This document shows positions 1 to 11,414 of a DNA stretch of 32,000 nt, in pieces; within the stretch, counting starts at the first letter, position 1; each line of letters begins with the position of its first letter. This stretch comes from Kineococcus radiotolerans SRS30216 = ATCC BAA-149 (GTDB taxonomy: Bacteria; Actinomycetota; Actinomycetes; Actinomycetales; Kineococcaceae): positions 3,600,001-3,632,000 of the forward strand of contig NC_009664.2 of assembly GCF_000017305.1 (NCBI RefSeq), in the 5' to 3' direction. The translations under genes and the position numbers were made by a program. The notes beneath the pieces are model-generated. The model searched no databases and had not been told where the DNA came from. It saw only the letters and a list, made by a program, of their open reading frames with translations.

Positions 1-547
1 TCAGGCGCCCGCCGAGGAGGCGGTCGGCCTCGTTGATCTGCGCGACGTCGGCGTTGGAGATGCCCGCGCGCACGATGACGCCCTCGTCGAGGAGCTCGAC
101 GAGCGCGCCGATGGAGTCGGCGTAGGGGACGTCGGGGTCGGGGCGGTGGAACTGGTAGAGGCCGATGGCCTCCACGCCCAGGCGCCGCGCGGAGGCTTTC
201 GCGGCCTCCTTGAGGTGCGCGGGGTCGCCGTTCTTGGTCCAGGACCCGTCGCCGGGGCGCAGGTGCCCGCCCTTGGTGGCGACGACGACGTCGTCGGTGG
301 GGGAGCCGAACTCGCGCAGGGCGCGGGCGATGAGGGACTCGTTGTGGCCGACCTCGTCGGCGTCGCGGTGGTAGGCGTCGGCGGTGTCGATGAGGGTGAC
401 GCCGGCCTCGAGCGCGGCGTGGATCGTGGCGATCGCGCGGTCGGTGTCGGGGCGGCCCTCGATGGACAGCGGCATGGCGCCGAGCCCGATCGCGGAGACC
501 TGTCGGGTGGTGGGGGCGCCGGGGCGCCCGAGGCTGCGCTGCTTCAC
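1..547 (-). CDS. aldo/keto reductase, N-terminal part (3' end lies beyond the left edge)
   Basis: The minus-strand frame starting at GTG 545-547 reads VKQRSLGRPG..VSAIGLGAMPLS..LIDTADAYH..GHNESL..VVVATKGGH..LYQFHRPD. These are the N-terminal hallmarks of AKR enzymes (D..Y, catalytic K, H). The frame runs off the window; the TCA at 1-3 is out of frame. It is absent from the ORF track because it has no stop in the window. Confidence 0.8.
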   Translation of the reverse strand, partial: MKQRSLGRPGAPTTRQVSAIGLGAMPLSIEGRPDTDRAIATIHAALEAGVTLIDTADAYHRDADEVGHNESLIARALREFGSPTDDVVVATKGGHLRPGDGSWTKNGDPAHLKEAAKASARRLGVEAIGLYQFHRPDPDVPYADSIGALVELLDEGVIVRAGISNADVAQINEADRLLGGRL

Positions 548-591
548 GCGTCGGAGCCTAGGAACGGCCTCCGCAGAAGTCCAACACCTGA

Positions 592-612
592 TTCTTCTCG
601 TCGGCAGAAGTA
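592..612. promoter_or_regulatory. candidate LysR-type (T-N11-A) binding site in the divergent AKR/LysR promoter region
   Basis: The 75-bp intergenic region 548-622 is locally GC-poor. CTTCT (594-598) and AGAAG (606-610) are perfect inverted pentamers, and T596/A608 give the T-N11-A spacing. A third AGAAG lies at 575-579. Confidence 0.4.
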
Positions 613-622
613 CAGTTTCTGG

Positions 623-1543
623 ATGGACCTCCGTCAGATGCAGTACGTCGTCGCCCTGGCCGACGAGCGGCAGTTCACCCGGGCCGCGGCGCTGAGCGGG
701 GTGTCGCAGTCGGGGCTCTCGGCGGCGATCCGCACCCTGGAGGACGAGCTGGGCGCCACCCTGTTCGACCGCAGCCCCCGGCGGGTGGAGCCGACCGACG
801 CCGGCCTGGCCCTGCTGCCCTTCGCCCGCACCCTGCTCGCCCAGGCCACCGCGGCGCGCGACGCCGTCGTGCAGGCCACCCGCCGGTTGTCCGGCACCCT
901 GCGGGTGGGGGCCGAGCAGTGCCTGGGCGTCGTCGACGTCTCCACGCTGCTGGAGCGCTTCCACCGGCGCTTCCCGCAGGTCGAGATCCACTTCGAGCAG
1001 GCCGGGTCCCACGACCTGCTGGGCCGGTTGCGCGAGGGGGAGCTCGACCTGGTGTTCGTGGCGACCACCGAGCACCTCGGTGCCCTGCCCGCCAGCGAGC
1101 TCGGCCGCGAGCCGCTGGTCCTGCTGACCCCGCCCGAGCACCCGCTGGCCGGGCGCCCGCACGCGCCGTGGGCGGAGCTGGCGGCCCACCCGTTCATCGA
1201 CTTTGTGCCCTCCTGGGGCGTGCGGCCGATCACCGACGCGGCCTGCGCCGCCCACGGGGTGCACCGGCGGGTGCGGTTCAGCGTCGGCGACGTCCACGCC
1301 CTGCTCGACCTCGTGGGACGGGGCCTCGGGATCGCCATCGTGCCCCGCCACGTCGCCGCCAAGCCCCAGGCCGCCCGGCTCGCGGTCGTGCCGATGCCGC
1401 CCGGCACCCCGGAGTGGGTCGTCTCCGTCGTCACCTCCGCGGGCAGTTCCCCCGCCCCGCAGCTGCTGGAACTGCTGGAGGTCGAGCAGGCCGGGACGGT
1501 GGAGACGGCGACCGTCCGCCGGAACGGCAACGGCCTGCCGTAG
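623..1543 (+). CDS. LysR-family transcriptional regulator
   Basis: From ATG 623 the translation is MDLRQMQYVVALADERQFTRAAALSGVSQSGLSAAIRTLEDELGATLFDR, a typical LysR winged-HTH, followed by a substrate-binding-like domain. The 159 codons upstream in track ORF 146..1543 are antisense to the AKR gene. The gene is divergent from the AKR. Confidence 0.85.
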   Translation: MDLRQMQYVVALADERQFTRAAALSGVSQSGLSAAIRTLEDELGATLFDRSPRRVEPTDAGLALLPFARTLLAQATAARDAVVQATRRLSGTLRVGAEQCLGVVDVSTLLERFHRRFPQVEIHFEQAGSHDLLGRLREGELDLVFVATTEHLGALPASELGREPLVLLTPPEHPLAGRPHAPWAELAAHPFIDFVPSWGVRPITDAACAAHGVHRRVRFSVGDVHALLDLVGRGLGIAIVPRHVAAKPQAARLAVVPMPPGTPEWVVSVVTSAGSSPAPQLLELLEVEQAGTVETATVRRNGNGLP

Positions 1544-1607
1544 TCCGGGGCGGGGAGGGAGGAGCCGCCGGGTGCCCGGGCCGGGGGGTTGGGGGTACGG
1601 TGGGGCC

Positions 1608-3467
<1,860 letters not shown>

Positions 3468-3468
3468 A

Positions 3469-3512
3469 CCGGCGCGCGCCCGGGACCGCTGCCGGTCCCG
3501 GGCGTGCGCCGG
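3469..3512 (+). terminator. GC-rich hairpin downstream of leuA (no U-tail)
   Basis: A 20-bp stem (one G-U pair) pairs 3469-3488 with 3493-3512 around the loop CTGC. It begins 2 nt after the leuA TGA. Confidence 0.6.
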
Positions 3513-3621
3513 CCCGGGGTGGTTGAACGCGCACCCGGGACGTTCCCACCCCCCGCGACTCGCCGACGGTTAGGATCTGTCACGATCGGTGATCGAAGGA
3601 CGGGGACGGGCGGAGGGCACG

Positions 3622-5184
3622 ATGGGCAGCGAGCTCGACGTCGTGAGCCCGTTCGGGCCCCTGGACGCCCTGGCGGAGACCGCGCACCGCCTCTACCTCG
3701 ACGGGTACGGCGAACGCGCCATCCAGGCCTGCCGCGAGGGCCTGCACCTCTGCGAGCTCGCCGGCGACGAGCGCACCGCCCGCTACCTCCAGTTCGTCTG
3801 CGGGGTCGCCCTCCACCAGCTCGGCCGCGCCGCCGAGGCCAGCGAGGAGGCCGGGCACCTGCTGCGCCGCCTCGGCACCGGCGCCGAACCGGTCTGGCGG
3901 GCCAAGGCCCTCGCCCTGCTCGCCGAGTCCCGCGTCGACCTCGGCATGACCGCCCTGGCCATGGACCACCTCGCCGAGGGCCAGCTCATCGTCACCGGCC
4001 AGCCCATCCGCACCTACGACCACCTCTCGGCGACCATGTCGGTGGCGCTGGCGCTCAACGCCCTCGCCCTGTTCGAACCCGCCGACGAGCTCATGGTCCA
4101 GATGCTCGCCCTGACCTTCCCGCCCGCCCGGGTGCGGCTCAACGTCGCCCAGGAGGCCGCCGTCCTGCAGGTCTCCTGGGGCGCGATGCTCGAGGTCGCC
4201 GGCCGCGGGGCCGACGCCTGGCCGCACTACGCCACCGCCCTGTCCCGGGCCGCCCTCATGCGGGCCCTGGCCCTGGAGGTCGACTACCCCGAGATGCACG
4301 CCCGGGCCGAGGCCATCGAGGCGTTCGTCCTCATGCGCACCGGCGACACCGCGCTGGCCGAGGGCCGGCTGCGACCGGCGATGGCCGCGTTCCGGCTGCG
4401 CGAGGAGCTCGCCGAGACCCAGATCGCCCGCATCGCGCTGGCCATGGCCAGCTCCGACGCCGGCCACCGCACCGAGGCCGCCGACCTCCTCGCCGCCGTC
4501 CAGCGGGTGTCCTCCTCGACCCAGCTCGACGTCTGGGGCCTCACCGCGCTCGCCGTCCGGGCCCGCAACGCCGTCCAGCACGACGGGCGCAACGAGGCCG
4601 CCGACGCCCTCGAGCTCCTCGCCCAGATCTCGCTGTCGCGGCTGTGGGAGGACCGGGAGAGCCGCTTCGAGGCGCTGCAGGACCGCATCCAGCAGCGCGA
4701 GATGGCCGAGCAGCACGAACGCATCGGCCGCGCCGCCCTCGTCGACCCCATGACGGGCCTGGGCAACCGGCGCCGGCTCCAGCAGGTCCTCGAACGCCCC
4801 GACCAGCGCTTCAGCGCCGTCCTGCTCGACGTCGACCGCTTCCGCGCCGTCAACGAGGAGCACGGCCGGGACACCGGCGACGCCGTCCTCCAGCGCATCG
4901 CCGACCTCCTGCAGCGCAACGTCTCCGACGACGACGTCGTCGTCCGCTACGGGGGCGACGAGTTCGTGGTGCTGGTGCCCGCGACGCGCGAGGCCACCGC
5001 GACGGCGGAACGGTTGCTCGAGGTCGTCCGCAAGGAACCCTGGCTGGAGATCTCCCTCGGCCTGCGCGTCACCGCCTCCGTCGGGCTCGCCGGGCCCGCC
5101 TCGGCCGCCGAGGCGCTCGCCGCGGCCGACGCGGCGCGCGAGGCGGCCAAGCGCGCCGGGCGCGACCGCCTCGTCGTGGCCTGA
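3622..5184 (+). CDS. GGDEF-domain diguanylate cyclase with a roughly 350-aa N-terminal helical-repeat (TPR-like) region
   Basis: The C-terminus reads [58 protein letters not shown] 3622 is preferred over track start 3589 because GGAGGG lies 5 nt upstream. Confidence 0.85.
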   Translation: MGSELDVVSPFGPLDALAETAHRLYLDGYGERAIQACREGLHLCELAGDERTARYLQFVCGVALHQLGRAAEASEEAGHLLRRLGTGAEPVWRAKALALLAESRVDLGMTALAMDHLAEGQLIVTGQPIRTYDHLSATMSVALALNALALFEPADELMVQMLALTFPPARVRLNVAQEAAVLQVSWGAMLEVAGRGADAWPHYATALSRAALMRALALEVDYPEMHARAEAIEAFVLMRTGDTALAEGRLRPAMAAFRLREELAETQIARIALAMASSDAGHRTEAADLLAAVQRVSSSTQLDVWGLTALAVRARNAVQHDGRNEAADALELLAQISLSRLWEDRESRFEALQDRIQQREMAEQHERIGRAALVDPMTGLGNRRRLQQVLERPDQRFSAVLLDVDRFRAVNEEHGRDTGDAVLQRIADLLQRNVSDDDVVVRYGGDEFVVLVPATREATATAERLLEVVRKEPWLEISLGLRVTASVGLAGPASAAEALAAADAAREAAKRAGRDRLVVA

Positions 5185-5246
5185 GGCGCCGCGCCCGCAC
5201 CGCCGCGTCCGCCGTCCGTGTCCGACCCGCCGCCTACAGTGGCCCG

Positions 5247-6056
5247 GTGTCGGGGACGGGATCGCGGGGAACGCGGGGATCGAGCATCGGCGGGGCGAAG
5301 AGCTACCGCGACGAGGCCGTGGTCCTGCGCACCGCCAAGCTCGGCGAGGCCGACCGCATCGTCTCCCTGCTGACCCGCCACCACGGCCGCGTCCGCGCCG
5401 TGGCCAAGGGGGTGCGGCGCACCTCCTCGCGCTTCGGCGCCCGCCTGGAGCCCTTCACCTGCGTCGACGTGCAGCTGCACCGCGGGCGCTCCCTGGACAC
5501 CGTCACCCAGGCCGACGTCCTCGCCCCCTACGGGCAGGTGCTGGTCGCCGACTACGGCCTCTACACCGTCGGGCACGCGCTGCTGGAGACCGCCGAGCGC
5601 TTCACCGAGGTCGAGCGCGAGACCGCCACCCAGCAGTACCTGCTGCTCGTGGGGGCGCTGCGGAGCCTCTCGCGCCGCGAGCACGACGCCTCCCTCGTCC
5701 TCGACGCCTACCTGCTGCGCTCGCTGGCGGTGGCGGGGTACGCGGCCAGCTTCGGGGACTGCGCCCGCTGCGGGGAGGCCGGCCCGCACGCCGCGTTCAA
5801 CGTCTCCGCCGGCGGGGCCGTCTGCCCCTCCTGCCGGCCCCCCGGTTCCGCCGCCCCGGACCCGGCGACCCTGGAGCTGCTCGCCGCCCTGCTCAGCGGG
5901 GAGTGGGCCCTCGCCGACGCCGTCGAGGACCGCTGCCGCCGCGAGGGCAGCGGCCTCGTCGCTGCGTTCCTGCAGTGGCACCTCGAGCACGGCATCCGCT
6001 CCCTGCGCCACGTCGAGCGCGAACCGCACGAGCCGCCGGTGCCGCTGGCCCGGTGA
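5247..6056 (+). CDS. recO: DNA repair protein RecO
   Basis: [51 protein letters not shown] (OB fold) plus a CxxC..CxxC zinc motif (CARCGE..CPSC). It is the last 270 codons of track ORF 3504..6056. The GTG 5247 start is provisional. Confidence 0.85.
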   Translation: MSGTGSRGTRGSSIGGAKSYRDEAVVLRTAKLGEADRIVSLLTRHHGRVRAVAKGVRRTSSRFGARLEPFTCVDVQLHRGRSLDTVTQADVLAPYGQVLVADYGLYTVGHALLETAERFTEVERETATQQYLLLVGALRSLSRREHDASLVLDAYLLRSLAVAGYAASFGDCARCGEAGPHAAFNVSAGGAVCPSCRPPGSAAPDPATLELLAALLSGEWALADAVEDRCRREGSGLVAAFLQWHLEHGIRSLRHVEREPHEPPVPLAR

Positions 6057-6069
6057 ACGGCCCCCGGGG

Positions 6070-6639
6070 TCAGGCCTCCTGAGGCTGCCGGGCCAGCCGC
6101 CAGTCCCCGCCGGAGCCCTCGAGCAGGACGGCGGTCGCGTTCGCCAGCCGCGGCAGCTCCACCCCGGTGAGGCCGTCGACGGTGGCGCGGATGAACGTGC
6201 CGTGGGCGACGACGAGGAGGGGGAGGTCCCCGTGCTCGGCGCGCAGGCGGCGCACCGCGCCCGCCCCGCGCGCGACGAGGTCCGCCCACGGCTCCTGGCC
6301 GGGGCGCTCGCCGGTGGGGAAGCGGACGCCGAGCTCCTCGCGGTCCCCGCCCTCGGCCACGCCGAAGTCGCGCTCGACCAGGTCCTCCTCGGCCGGCAGC
6401 AGGTCCAGGCCCAGGTGGGCGGCCACGATCCGCGCGGTCTCCCGCGCCCGCGACAGCGGCGAGGACGTGATCGCGGCCCAGCCCTGCCCGGCGAACGTCC
6501 CGGCCAGGGCCAGCGCCTGCGCGCGGCCGGTGTCGTTGAGGGGGATGTCGGTGCGTCCCTGCAGCCGGCCGTCGCGGTTCCAGTCGGTCTCGCCGTGGCG
6601 GACCAGAGCGGTCCTGGGGGAGGGTGTGAGGGGATGCAC
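6070..6639 (-). CDS. histidine phosphatase family protein (phosphoglycerate-mutase-like)
   Basis: [10 protein letters not shown] (the RHG catalytic motif), [11 protein letters not shown] and VVAHG are present. The start is taken at the in-frame GTG at 6639 ([17 protein letters not shown]). Confidence 0.8.
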   Translation of the reverse strand: MHPLTPSPRTALVRHGETDWNRDGRLQGRTDIPLNDTGRAQALALAGTFAGQGWAAITSSPLSRARETARIVAAHLGLDLLPAEEDLVERDFGVAEGGDREELGVRFPTGERPGQEPWADLVARGAGAVRRLRAEHGDLPLLVVAHGTFIRATVDGLTGVELPRLANATAVLLEGSGGDWRLARQPQEA

Positions 6640-6671
6640 CGCCCCATGGTCCCACCTGGCACCCTGGGGCC

Positions 6672-7493
6672 GTGCCAGGTCCAGCCCGCCGTCCCGCCCG
6701 CCGCACCGCCGCACCGCGCGCGGTGGTGGCCCCGCCCCCGCACCCCTCCGGCGCCCGGCCCCCGCAGCTGCCGGCCGAGCTCGTGCCCCGGCACGTGGCG
6801 ATCGTCATGGACGGCAACGGCCGGTGGGCCAACCAGCGCGGTCTGCCGCGCGTGGAGGGGCACAAGAGGGGCGAGGCGTCGCTGCTCGACGTCGTCGCCG
6901 GGGCCATCGAGGTCGGCGTCACCCACGTCTCGGCGTGGGCGTTCTCCACGGAGAACTGGAAGCGCAGCCCCGACGAGGTCCGCTTCCTCATGGGGTTCAA
7001 CCGCGACGTGATCCGCCGCCGGCGCGACGAGATGAACTCCTGGGGGGTCCGCGTCCGCTGGGCCGGGCGGCGTCCCCGGTTGTGGCGCAGCGTCATCGAC
7101 GAGCTCGAGGCGGCCGAGGAGCTGACGAAGGACAACACCGTCTGCACGTTGACGATGTGCGTGAACTACGGCGGGCGGGCCGAGCTCGCCGACGCCGCCC
7201 GCGCCATCGCCCTCGACGTCGCCGCCGGCACGCTGAACCCGGCCCGGGTCGACGAGCGGACCGTGGCGCGCTACCTCGACGAACCCGACATGCCCGACGT
7301 GGACCTGTTCTGGCGCTCCTCCGGCGAGCAGCGGACCTCCGGCTTCCTGCCCTGGCAGGCCGCCTACGCCGAGATGGTGTTCTCGGACACGCTGTGGCCC
7401 GACGTGGACCGGCGCACGCTGTGGGCCGCGATCGAGACCTACGCCGAACGCGACCGCCGCTACGGCGGGGCCGCGGACAAGCCCACCGCCTGA
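6672..7493 (+). CDS. uppS: isoprenyl (undecaprenyl/decaprenyl) diphosphate synthase, cis-prenyltransferase
   Basis: [37 protein letters not shown] and [22 protein letters not shown] are present. A Pro-rich N-terminal extension makes the exact start uncertain. Confidence 0.9.
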   Translation: MPGPARRPARRTAAPRAVVAPPPHPSGARPPQLPAELVPRHVAIVMDGNGRWANQRGLPRVEGHKRGEASLLDVVAGAIEVGVTHVSAWAFSTENWKRSPDEVRFLMGFNRDVIRRRRDEMNSWGVRVRWAGRRPRLWRSVIDELEAAEELTKDNTVCTLTMCVNYGGRAELADAARAIALDVAAGTLNPARVDERTVARYLDEPDMPDVDLFWRSSGEQRTSGFLPWQAAYAEMVFSDTLWPDVDRRTLWAAIETYAERDRRYGGAADKPTA

Positions 7494-7500
7494 CCGGGCA

Positions 7501-7542
7501 CGTCGGCCCCGCGGGTCCCGGACGGGACCCGCGGGGCCGACG
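7501..7542. terminator. perfect 42-bp palindrome between convergent uppS and ppc (bidirectional hairpin)
   Basis: Every position i pairs with 15043-i across 7501-7542 (CGTCGGCCCCGCGGGTCCCG/GA/CGGGACCCGCGGGGCCGACG). It sits between the uppS stop (7493) and the ppc stop (7555). Confidence 0.6.
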
Positions 7543-7554
7543 CACCGCGGGGGA

Positions 7555-10419
7555 TCAGCCGGTGTTGCGCATCCCGGCGGCGATGCCGTTGATGGTCAGC
7601 AGCAGCGCCCGGCGCAGCGCCGGGTCCACCGCGTCGCCGCTGGCGCGGGCCCGGCCCAGCAGCGAGACCTGCAGCGCGTGCAGGGGAGCCAGGTAGGCGT
7701 CGCGCAGTTCCAGGGTGCGGCGCAGGACCGGCGCGGACTGCAGGAGCTCGTCCTGCTCGGTGAGCAGCAGGACCTCCTCCAGCGTCCGGGCGTGCTCGGC
7801 GCGGATCACGTCGAAGGCCCCGCGCTGGTCGGGGGCGACGAGCTCCTCGACGTAGTGCGCGGCGATGCCGAGGTCGGTCTTGGCCAGCGTCATCTGGACG
7901 TTGGAGACGAAGCTGCGGAAGAAGCTCCAGCCCGCGAACATCGCCCGCAGGTCCTCGCCGCGGCCGGCCTCGCGCGCGGCCCGCAGACCCGAGCCGACCC
8001 CGAACCAGCCGGGGACGTTGATCCGGCTCTGGGTCCAGCCGAACACCCACGGGATGGCCCGCAGGTCCTCCAGCCCGCCCGTGCCGCCGGGGCGGCGGGA
8101 GGGGCGGGACCCGATGTTGAGGTTCCCGAGCTCCTCGACCGGTGTGGCGGCCAGGAAGAAGGGCACCAGGCCCGGGTCGCCGACGAGCGCGCGGTAGGCC
8201 TCCTGGCCCTTGGCCGCGACCAGGCCCATCGTGGTGTCCCAGCCGTCGAGCACCTCGCCCGGCTGCAGCGACGTGCGGTGCAGCGTGGAGGCCTCCAGGG
8301 CCGCGGACAGCGCGACCTCGAGGTTGTGCCGGGCCAGCCGGGGCTGGACGTACTTGTCGGAGATGACCTCGCCCTGCTCGGTGACCTTGATCGGCCCGTC
8401 GAGGGTCCCGTAGGGCTGGGCCAGGATGGCCTCGCCGGTCGGGCCGCCGCCGCGCCCGACGGAGCCGCCGCGGCCGTGGAAGAGGCGCAGCGTCACCCCG
8501 TGCCGGGCGGCGACGTCGCGCAGCGCGCGCTGGGCGCGGTGGATCTGCCAGCGCGAGGCCGCGATCCCGGCGTCCTTGGAGGAGTCGGAGTAGCCGAGCA
8601 TGATCTCCTGCACGTCCCCGCGGGCCGCCACGACGCGGCGGTAGGAGGGGTCGGAGAGCAGGCCCTCGAGCAGCTCCTCGGCCGCCTCGAGCTCGGTGAC
8701 CGTCTCGAACAGCGGCGCGAACCCGATGCGCGCCACGTCGTTCGCACCCGGGGTCTCGGCGAGGTCGACCAGGCCGACCTCGCGGGCCAGGACGACCACG
8801 GCGAACAGGTCGTCGATGCCCTGGGTCATGGAGACGATGTAGGTCTCGATGGTCTCCTCGCCGAAGCGGTCCAGGGCGGTGCGGATGGTGGTGAACAGCT
8901 GCACGACCTGCGCGGGCGTCCCGGTGAGGGTGCGCACCGCGGCGCCGATGAGCGGGCGGTGCCCCGTCATCTCCTTGGACAGCAGCTTGGTGCGGGCGCT
9001 GCGGTCGAGGGCGGCGTAGGGGGTGATGAGCTCCCCGAGGCGGTCGTAGATCGCGGCTAGGGCCTCGTGGTGCCGGCCCGCGTGCTCGCGCACGTCCAGG
9101 GTCGCCAGCCCGAAGCCGACGGCCCGCACGACCCGCAGGGCGCGGGCCACGGCCCCGTCGGCGACCATCTGGCCGTCGTTGCGCCGCAGCGAGTCCTGGA
9201 TGAGCAGGAGGTCGGCGGTGAACTCGCCGACCCCGGCGTAGTCGCGGCCCGGGACGTGCTCGGCCCCGGTGTGCAGCCGGGTGCGGGTGCCCTCCAGGCG
9301 GGCCAGGACGTAGGACAGCTTGAAGCGGTAGGGCTCCTCGCCGTTGAGGTGGACGCGGGCGGCGTGCACCTCCGGCAGGGCCTCCGCGTCGGCGGCCAGG
9401 GAGGCCAGCAGCTCCGGGGAGAACCCCACGACCTGGGTGGAGGCGGCCAGCTCGGTCAGCAGGTCGCGGGTCACCGCGGTCAGCACGTCCAGCGCCGCGT
9501 CGTGCTGCAGGCCCAGGACCTCCATCGTCACCTCGGGGGTGACGTTGGGGTTGCCGTCGCGGTCGCCGCCGACCCAGCTGCCGAAGCGCAGCGGCTGCGC
9601 GTCGACGGGCAGGTCGAGGCCGAGCTCGTCGAGGCCGACGGCGAGGTCCTCCAGCAGGTCGGGCAGGACGGTGGAGGTGAGGTTGCGCAGGTAGTGCAGG
9701 GCCGAGCGGGCCTCGTCGGCGGGACGGGGGCGCAGCACGCGCAGCTCGTCGGTCTGCCACAGCAGGTCGACGAGCTCGGCGAGGCGGCGCTGGCCGCGCT
9801 CGGCGTCGGTGGCGCGCTGGGCGGGGTCCTCGGAGGCCTCCACGATGCCGGTGATCCGCAGCAGCAGGTCCAGGATCGAGCGCCGGCTGGACTCGGTGGG
9901 GTGGGCGGTGAAGACCGGGCGCAGCTGCAGCCGGCCGAGGATCTGCTGGGCGGTGTCGCGGTCGAGGTCGCCGGACTCCAGGGCCTCGCGGACCCGGCCC
10001 AGGGTGGCGCTCAGGCCGCCGCCGGGCTGCTTGGACAGCTCCAGGCCGCGGTGCAGCTGCTCGGAGGCGTTGGCGAGCTGGAAGTAGGCGGTGAAGGCCC
10101 GCGCCAGGACGATCGCGGTCCGGTCGTCGACCCCGGACAGCAGCCGCGCCAGCTCCGCGCCGTCGTCGGCCTCGCGGGCCAGGGCCCGCACCCGCTCCAC
10201 GAGGTCGAGGAGCTCGGCGCCCTCGTGGCGGGTCAGGGAGGCGCCCAGCAGCTCGCCGAGGCGGCGCACCGACGCCCGCAGGGCCGCGTGGCCCTCGTCG
10301 GAGGAGACGCCGTCCACGGTCAACACGTCCTGCGACGCGCGTGGCTGCTCAGGGACCGCGGCCCGGGTCCCCCCGGTGCTCCCGCCGGTGCCGCCGCTCG
10401 TGCTCGTGCTCGTGCTCAT
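7555..10419 (-). CDS. ppc: phosphoenolpyruvate carboxylase
   Basis: 954 aa containing VFTAHPTE, GYSDSSKDAG, FHGRGGSVGRGGGP and the C-terminal GIAAGMRNTG. Confidence 0.95.
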   Translation of the reverse strand: MSTSTSTSGGTGGSTGGTRAAVPEQPRASQDVLTVDGVSSDEGHAALRASVRRLGELLGASLTRHEGAELLDLVERVRALAREADDGAELARLLSGVDDRTAIVLARAFTAYFQLANASEQLHRGLELSKQPGGGLSATLGRVREALESGDLDRDTAQQILGRLQLRPVFTAHPTESSRRSILDLLLRITGIVEASEDPAQRATDAERGQRRLAELVDLLWQTDELRVLRPRPADEARSALHYLRNLTSTVLPDLLEDLAVGLDELGLDLPVDAQPLRFGSWVGGDRDGNPNVTPEVTMEVLGLQHDAALDVLTAVTRDLLTELAASTQVVGFSPELLASLAADAEALPEVHAARVHLNGEEPYRFKLSYVLARLEGTRTRLHTGAEHVPGRDYAGVGEFTADLLLIQDSLRRNDGQMVADGAVARALRVVRAVGFGLATLDVREHAGRHHEALAAIYDRLGELITPYAALDRSARTKLLSKEMTGHRPLIGAAVRTLTGTPAQVVQLFTTIRTALDRFGEETIETYIVSMTQGIDDLFAVVVLAREVGLVDLAETPGANDVARIGFAPLFETVTELEAAEELLEGLLSDPSYRRVVAARGDVQEIMLGYSDSSKDAGIAASRWQIHRAQRALRDVAARHGVTLRLFHGRGGSVGRGGGPTGEAILAQPYGTLDGPIKVTEQGEVISDKYVQPRLARHNLEVALSAALEASTLHRTSLQPGEVLDGWDTTMGLVAAKGQEAYRALVGDPGLVPFFLAATPVEELGNLNIGSRPSRRPGGTGGLEDLRAIPWVFGWTQSRINVPGWFGVGSGLRAAREAGRGEDLRAMFAGWSFFRSFVSNVQMTLAKTDLGIAAHYVEELVAPDQRGAFDVIRAEHARTLEEVLLLTEQDELLQSAPVLRRTLELRDAYLAPLHALQVSLLGRARASGDAVDPALRRALLLTINGIAAGMRNTG

Positions 10420-10588
10420 CGCCTCGCCTCGCCTCCCTGCTGTGCTCGGGTCGACGCTGACTCCGGGTGCACGTCCGACTGACCGTCCACCGCCCGGGCG
10501 GGGCGGCGGGGGGCAGTCTTGCGCGTCCGCCGCCAGGGACGAAACCGGGGGAGGCGCGGCGGGCGTCGGGCCCGGCCGGCGGGGCCGG

Positions 10589-10867
10589 TCAGCTGCCGTT
10601 GGCGGCGGCCTTCAGCTTGGAGCCGGCGGTCAGCTTCGCGCCGTAGGAGGCGGCGATCTCCATGGTCTCGCCGGTGCGCGGGTTGCGTCCCGTGCGGGCG
10701 GCGCGCTCGACGCGCTCGACGGTCATCAGGCCGGGCAGCTTCACGGCCTCGCCCTTGGCGACGGCCTCGACGAGCACGTCGCCGAGGGCGTTGATGACGG
10801 CGTCGGTGTCGGTCTGCGTCAGGCCGGCGCGCTGGGCGACGGCGGTGACGAGCTCGGAGCGGTTCAC
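10589..10867 (-). CDS. hup: HU-family nucleoid DNA-binding protein (short form)
   Basis: VNRSELVTAVAQRAGLTQTDTDAVINALGDVLVEAVAKGEAVKLPGLMTVERVERAARTGRNPRTGETMEIAAS. The GTG at 10867 is preceded by AGGAGAG. The track start at 10924 adds 19 unsupported codons. Confidence 0.9.
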   Translation of the reverse strand: MNRSELVTAVAQRAGLTQTDTDAVINALGDVLVEAVAKGEAVKLPGLMTVERVERAARTGRNPRTGETMEIAASYGAKLTAGSKLKAAANGS

Positions 10868-10910
10868 GGTCTCTCCTGTGGTTCTCGAAGTCGGTGGTCG
10901 GCCTGTGACG

Positions 10911-11414
10911 TTACCGGTCGTCACCGCTCGTGCCCGGCACCCGGGGCCCGGTGGGCCGCGTCGCGCCCTCCCCGGCGGGCTCCGGGACCGGGTCCCCGGC
11001 CGGCTCGGCGTCCCCGGCCAGCTCGGTGCACTGCGCGCAGACGCCGAAGACCTCCACGACGTGCTGCACCGCGCTGAACCCGTGGTCGGCGCCCACGCGC
11101 TTGGCCCAGGCCTCCACGGCCGGACCCTCGACCTCGACGGTCTTGCCGCAGCGGCGGCAGACGAGGTGGTGGTGGTGGCCGGTGCTGCAGCGGCGGTAGA
11201 CGGCCTCCCCGCCGTCGTCGGTGCGCAGCACGTCGACGTCGCCGTCCTCGGCGAGGACCTGCAGGGCGCGGTAGACGGTGGCCAGGCCGACGTTCTCGCC
11301 GCGCGCGCGCAGCGTGGCGTGCAGGTCCTGGGCGGAGAGGAAGGCGTCGGCCTCGTCGAGGACCGCGGAGACGGCCGAACGCTGCTTCGTGGACCGGCGG
11401 GCCGGGGTCGACAC
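10911..11414 (-). CDS. Fur-family metalloregulator, Zur-like, with a 38-aa acidic/Pro-rich C-terminal tail
   Basis: [27 protein letters not shown] (wHTH), [17 protein letters not shown] and FGVCAQC (two CxxC pairs plus a His cluster). AAGGAGA lies upstream of the GTG start. Its position between uppS/recO and the glycine-tRNA ligase matches where zur sits in other actinobacteria. Confidence 0.85.
   Translation of the reverse strand: MSTPARRSTKQRSAVSAVLDEADAFLSAQDLHATLRARGENVGLATVYRALQVLAEDGDVDVLRTDDGGEAVYRRCSTGHHHHLVCRRCGKTVEVEGPAVEAWAKRVGADHGFSAVQHVVEVFGVCAQCTELAGDAEPAGDPVPEPAGEGATRPTGPRVPGTSGDDR

Noticed and set aside
146-1543. 465-aa track ORF suggesting a long LysR protein
   Set aside because: The first 159 codons are the antisense shadow of the aldo/keto reductase gene (1-547). 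The LysR HTH begins right at ATG 623, and the locally GC-poor divergent promoter lies in between.
3504-6926. 850-aa ORF 3504..6056 (+), and ORFs 3580..4863 (-), 4947..6926 (-) and 5708..7147 (-)
   Set aside because: ORF 3504..6056 is out of frame with the GGDEF gene for its first 580 codons (Arg/Pro-rich), and only its last 270 codons are recO. The minus-strand ORFs are antisense shadows of the GGDEF, recO and uppS genes.
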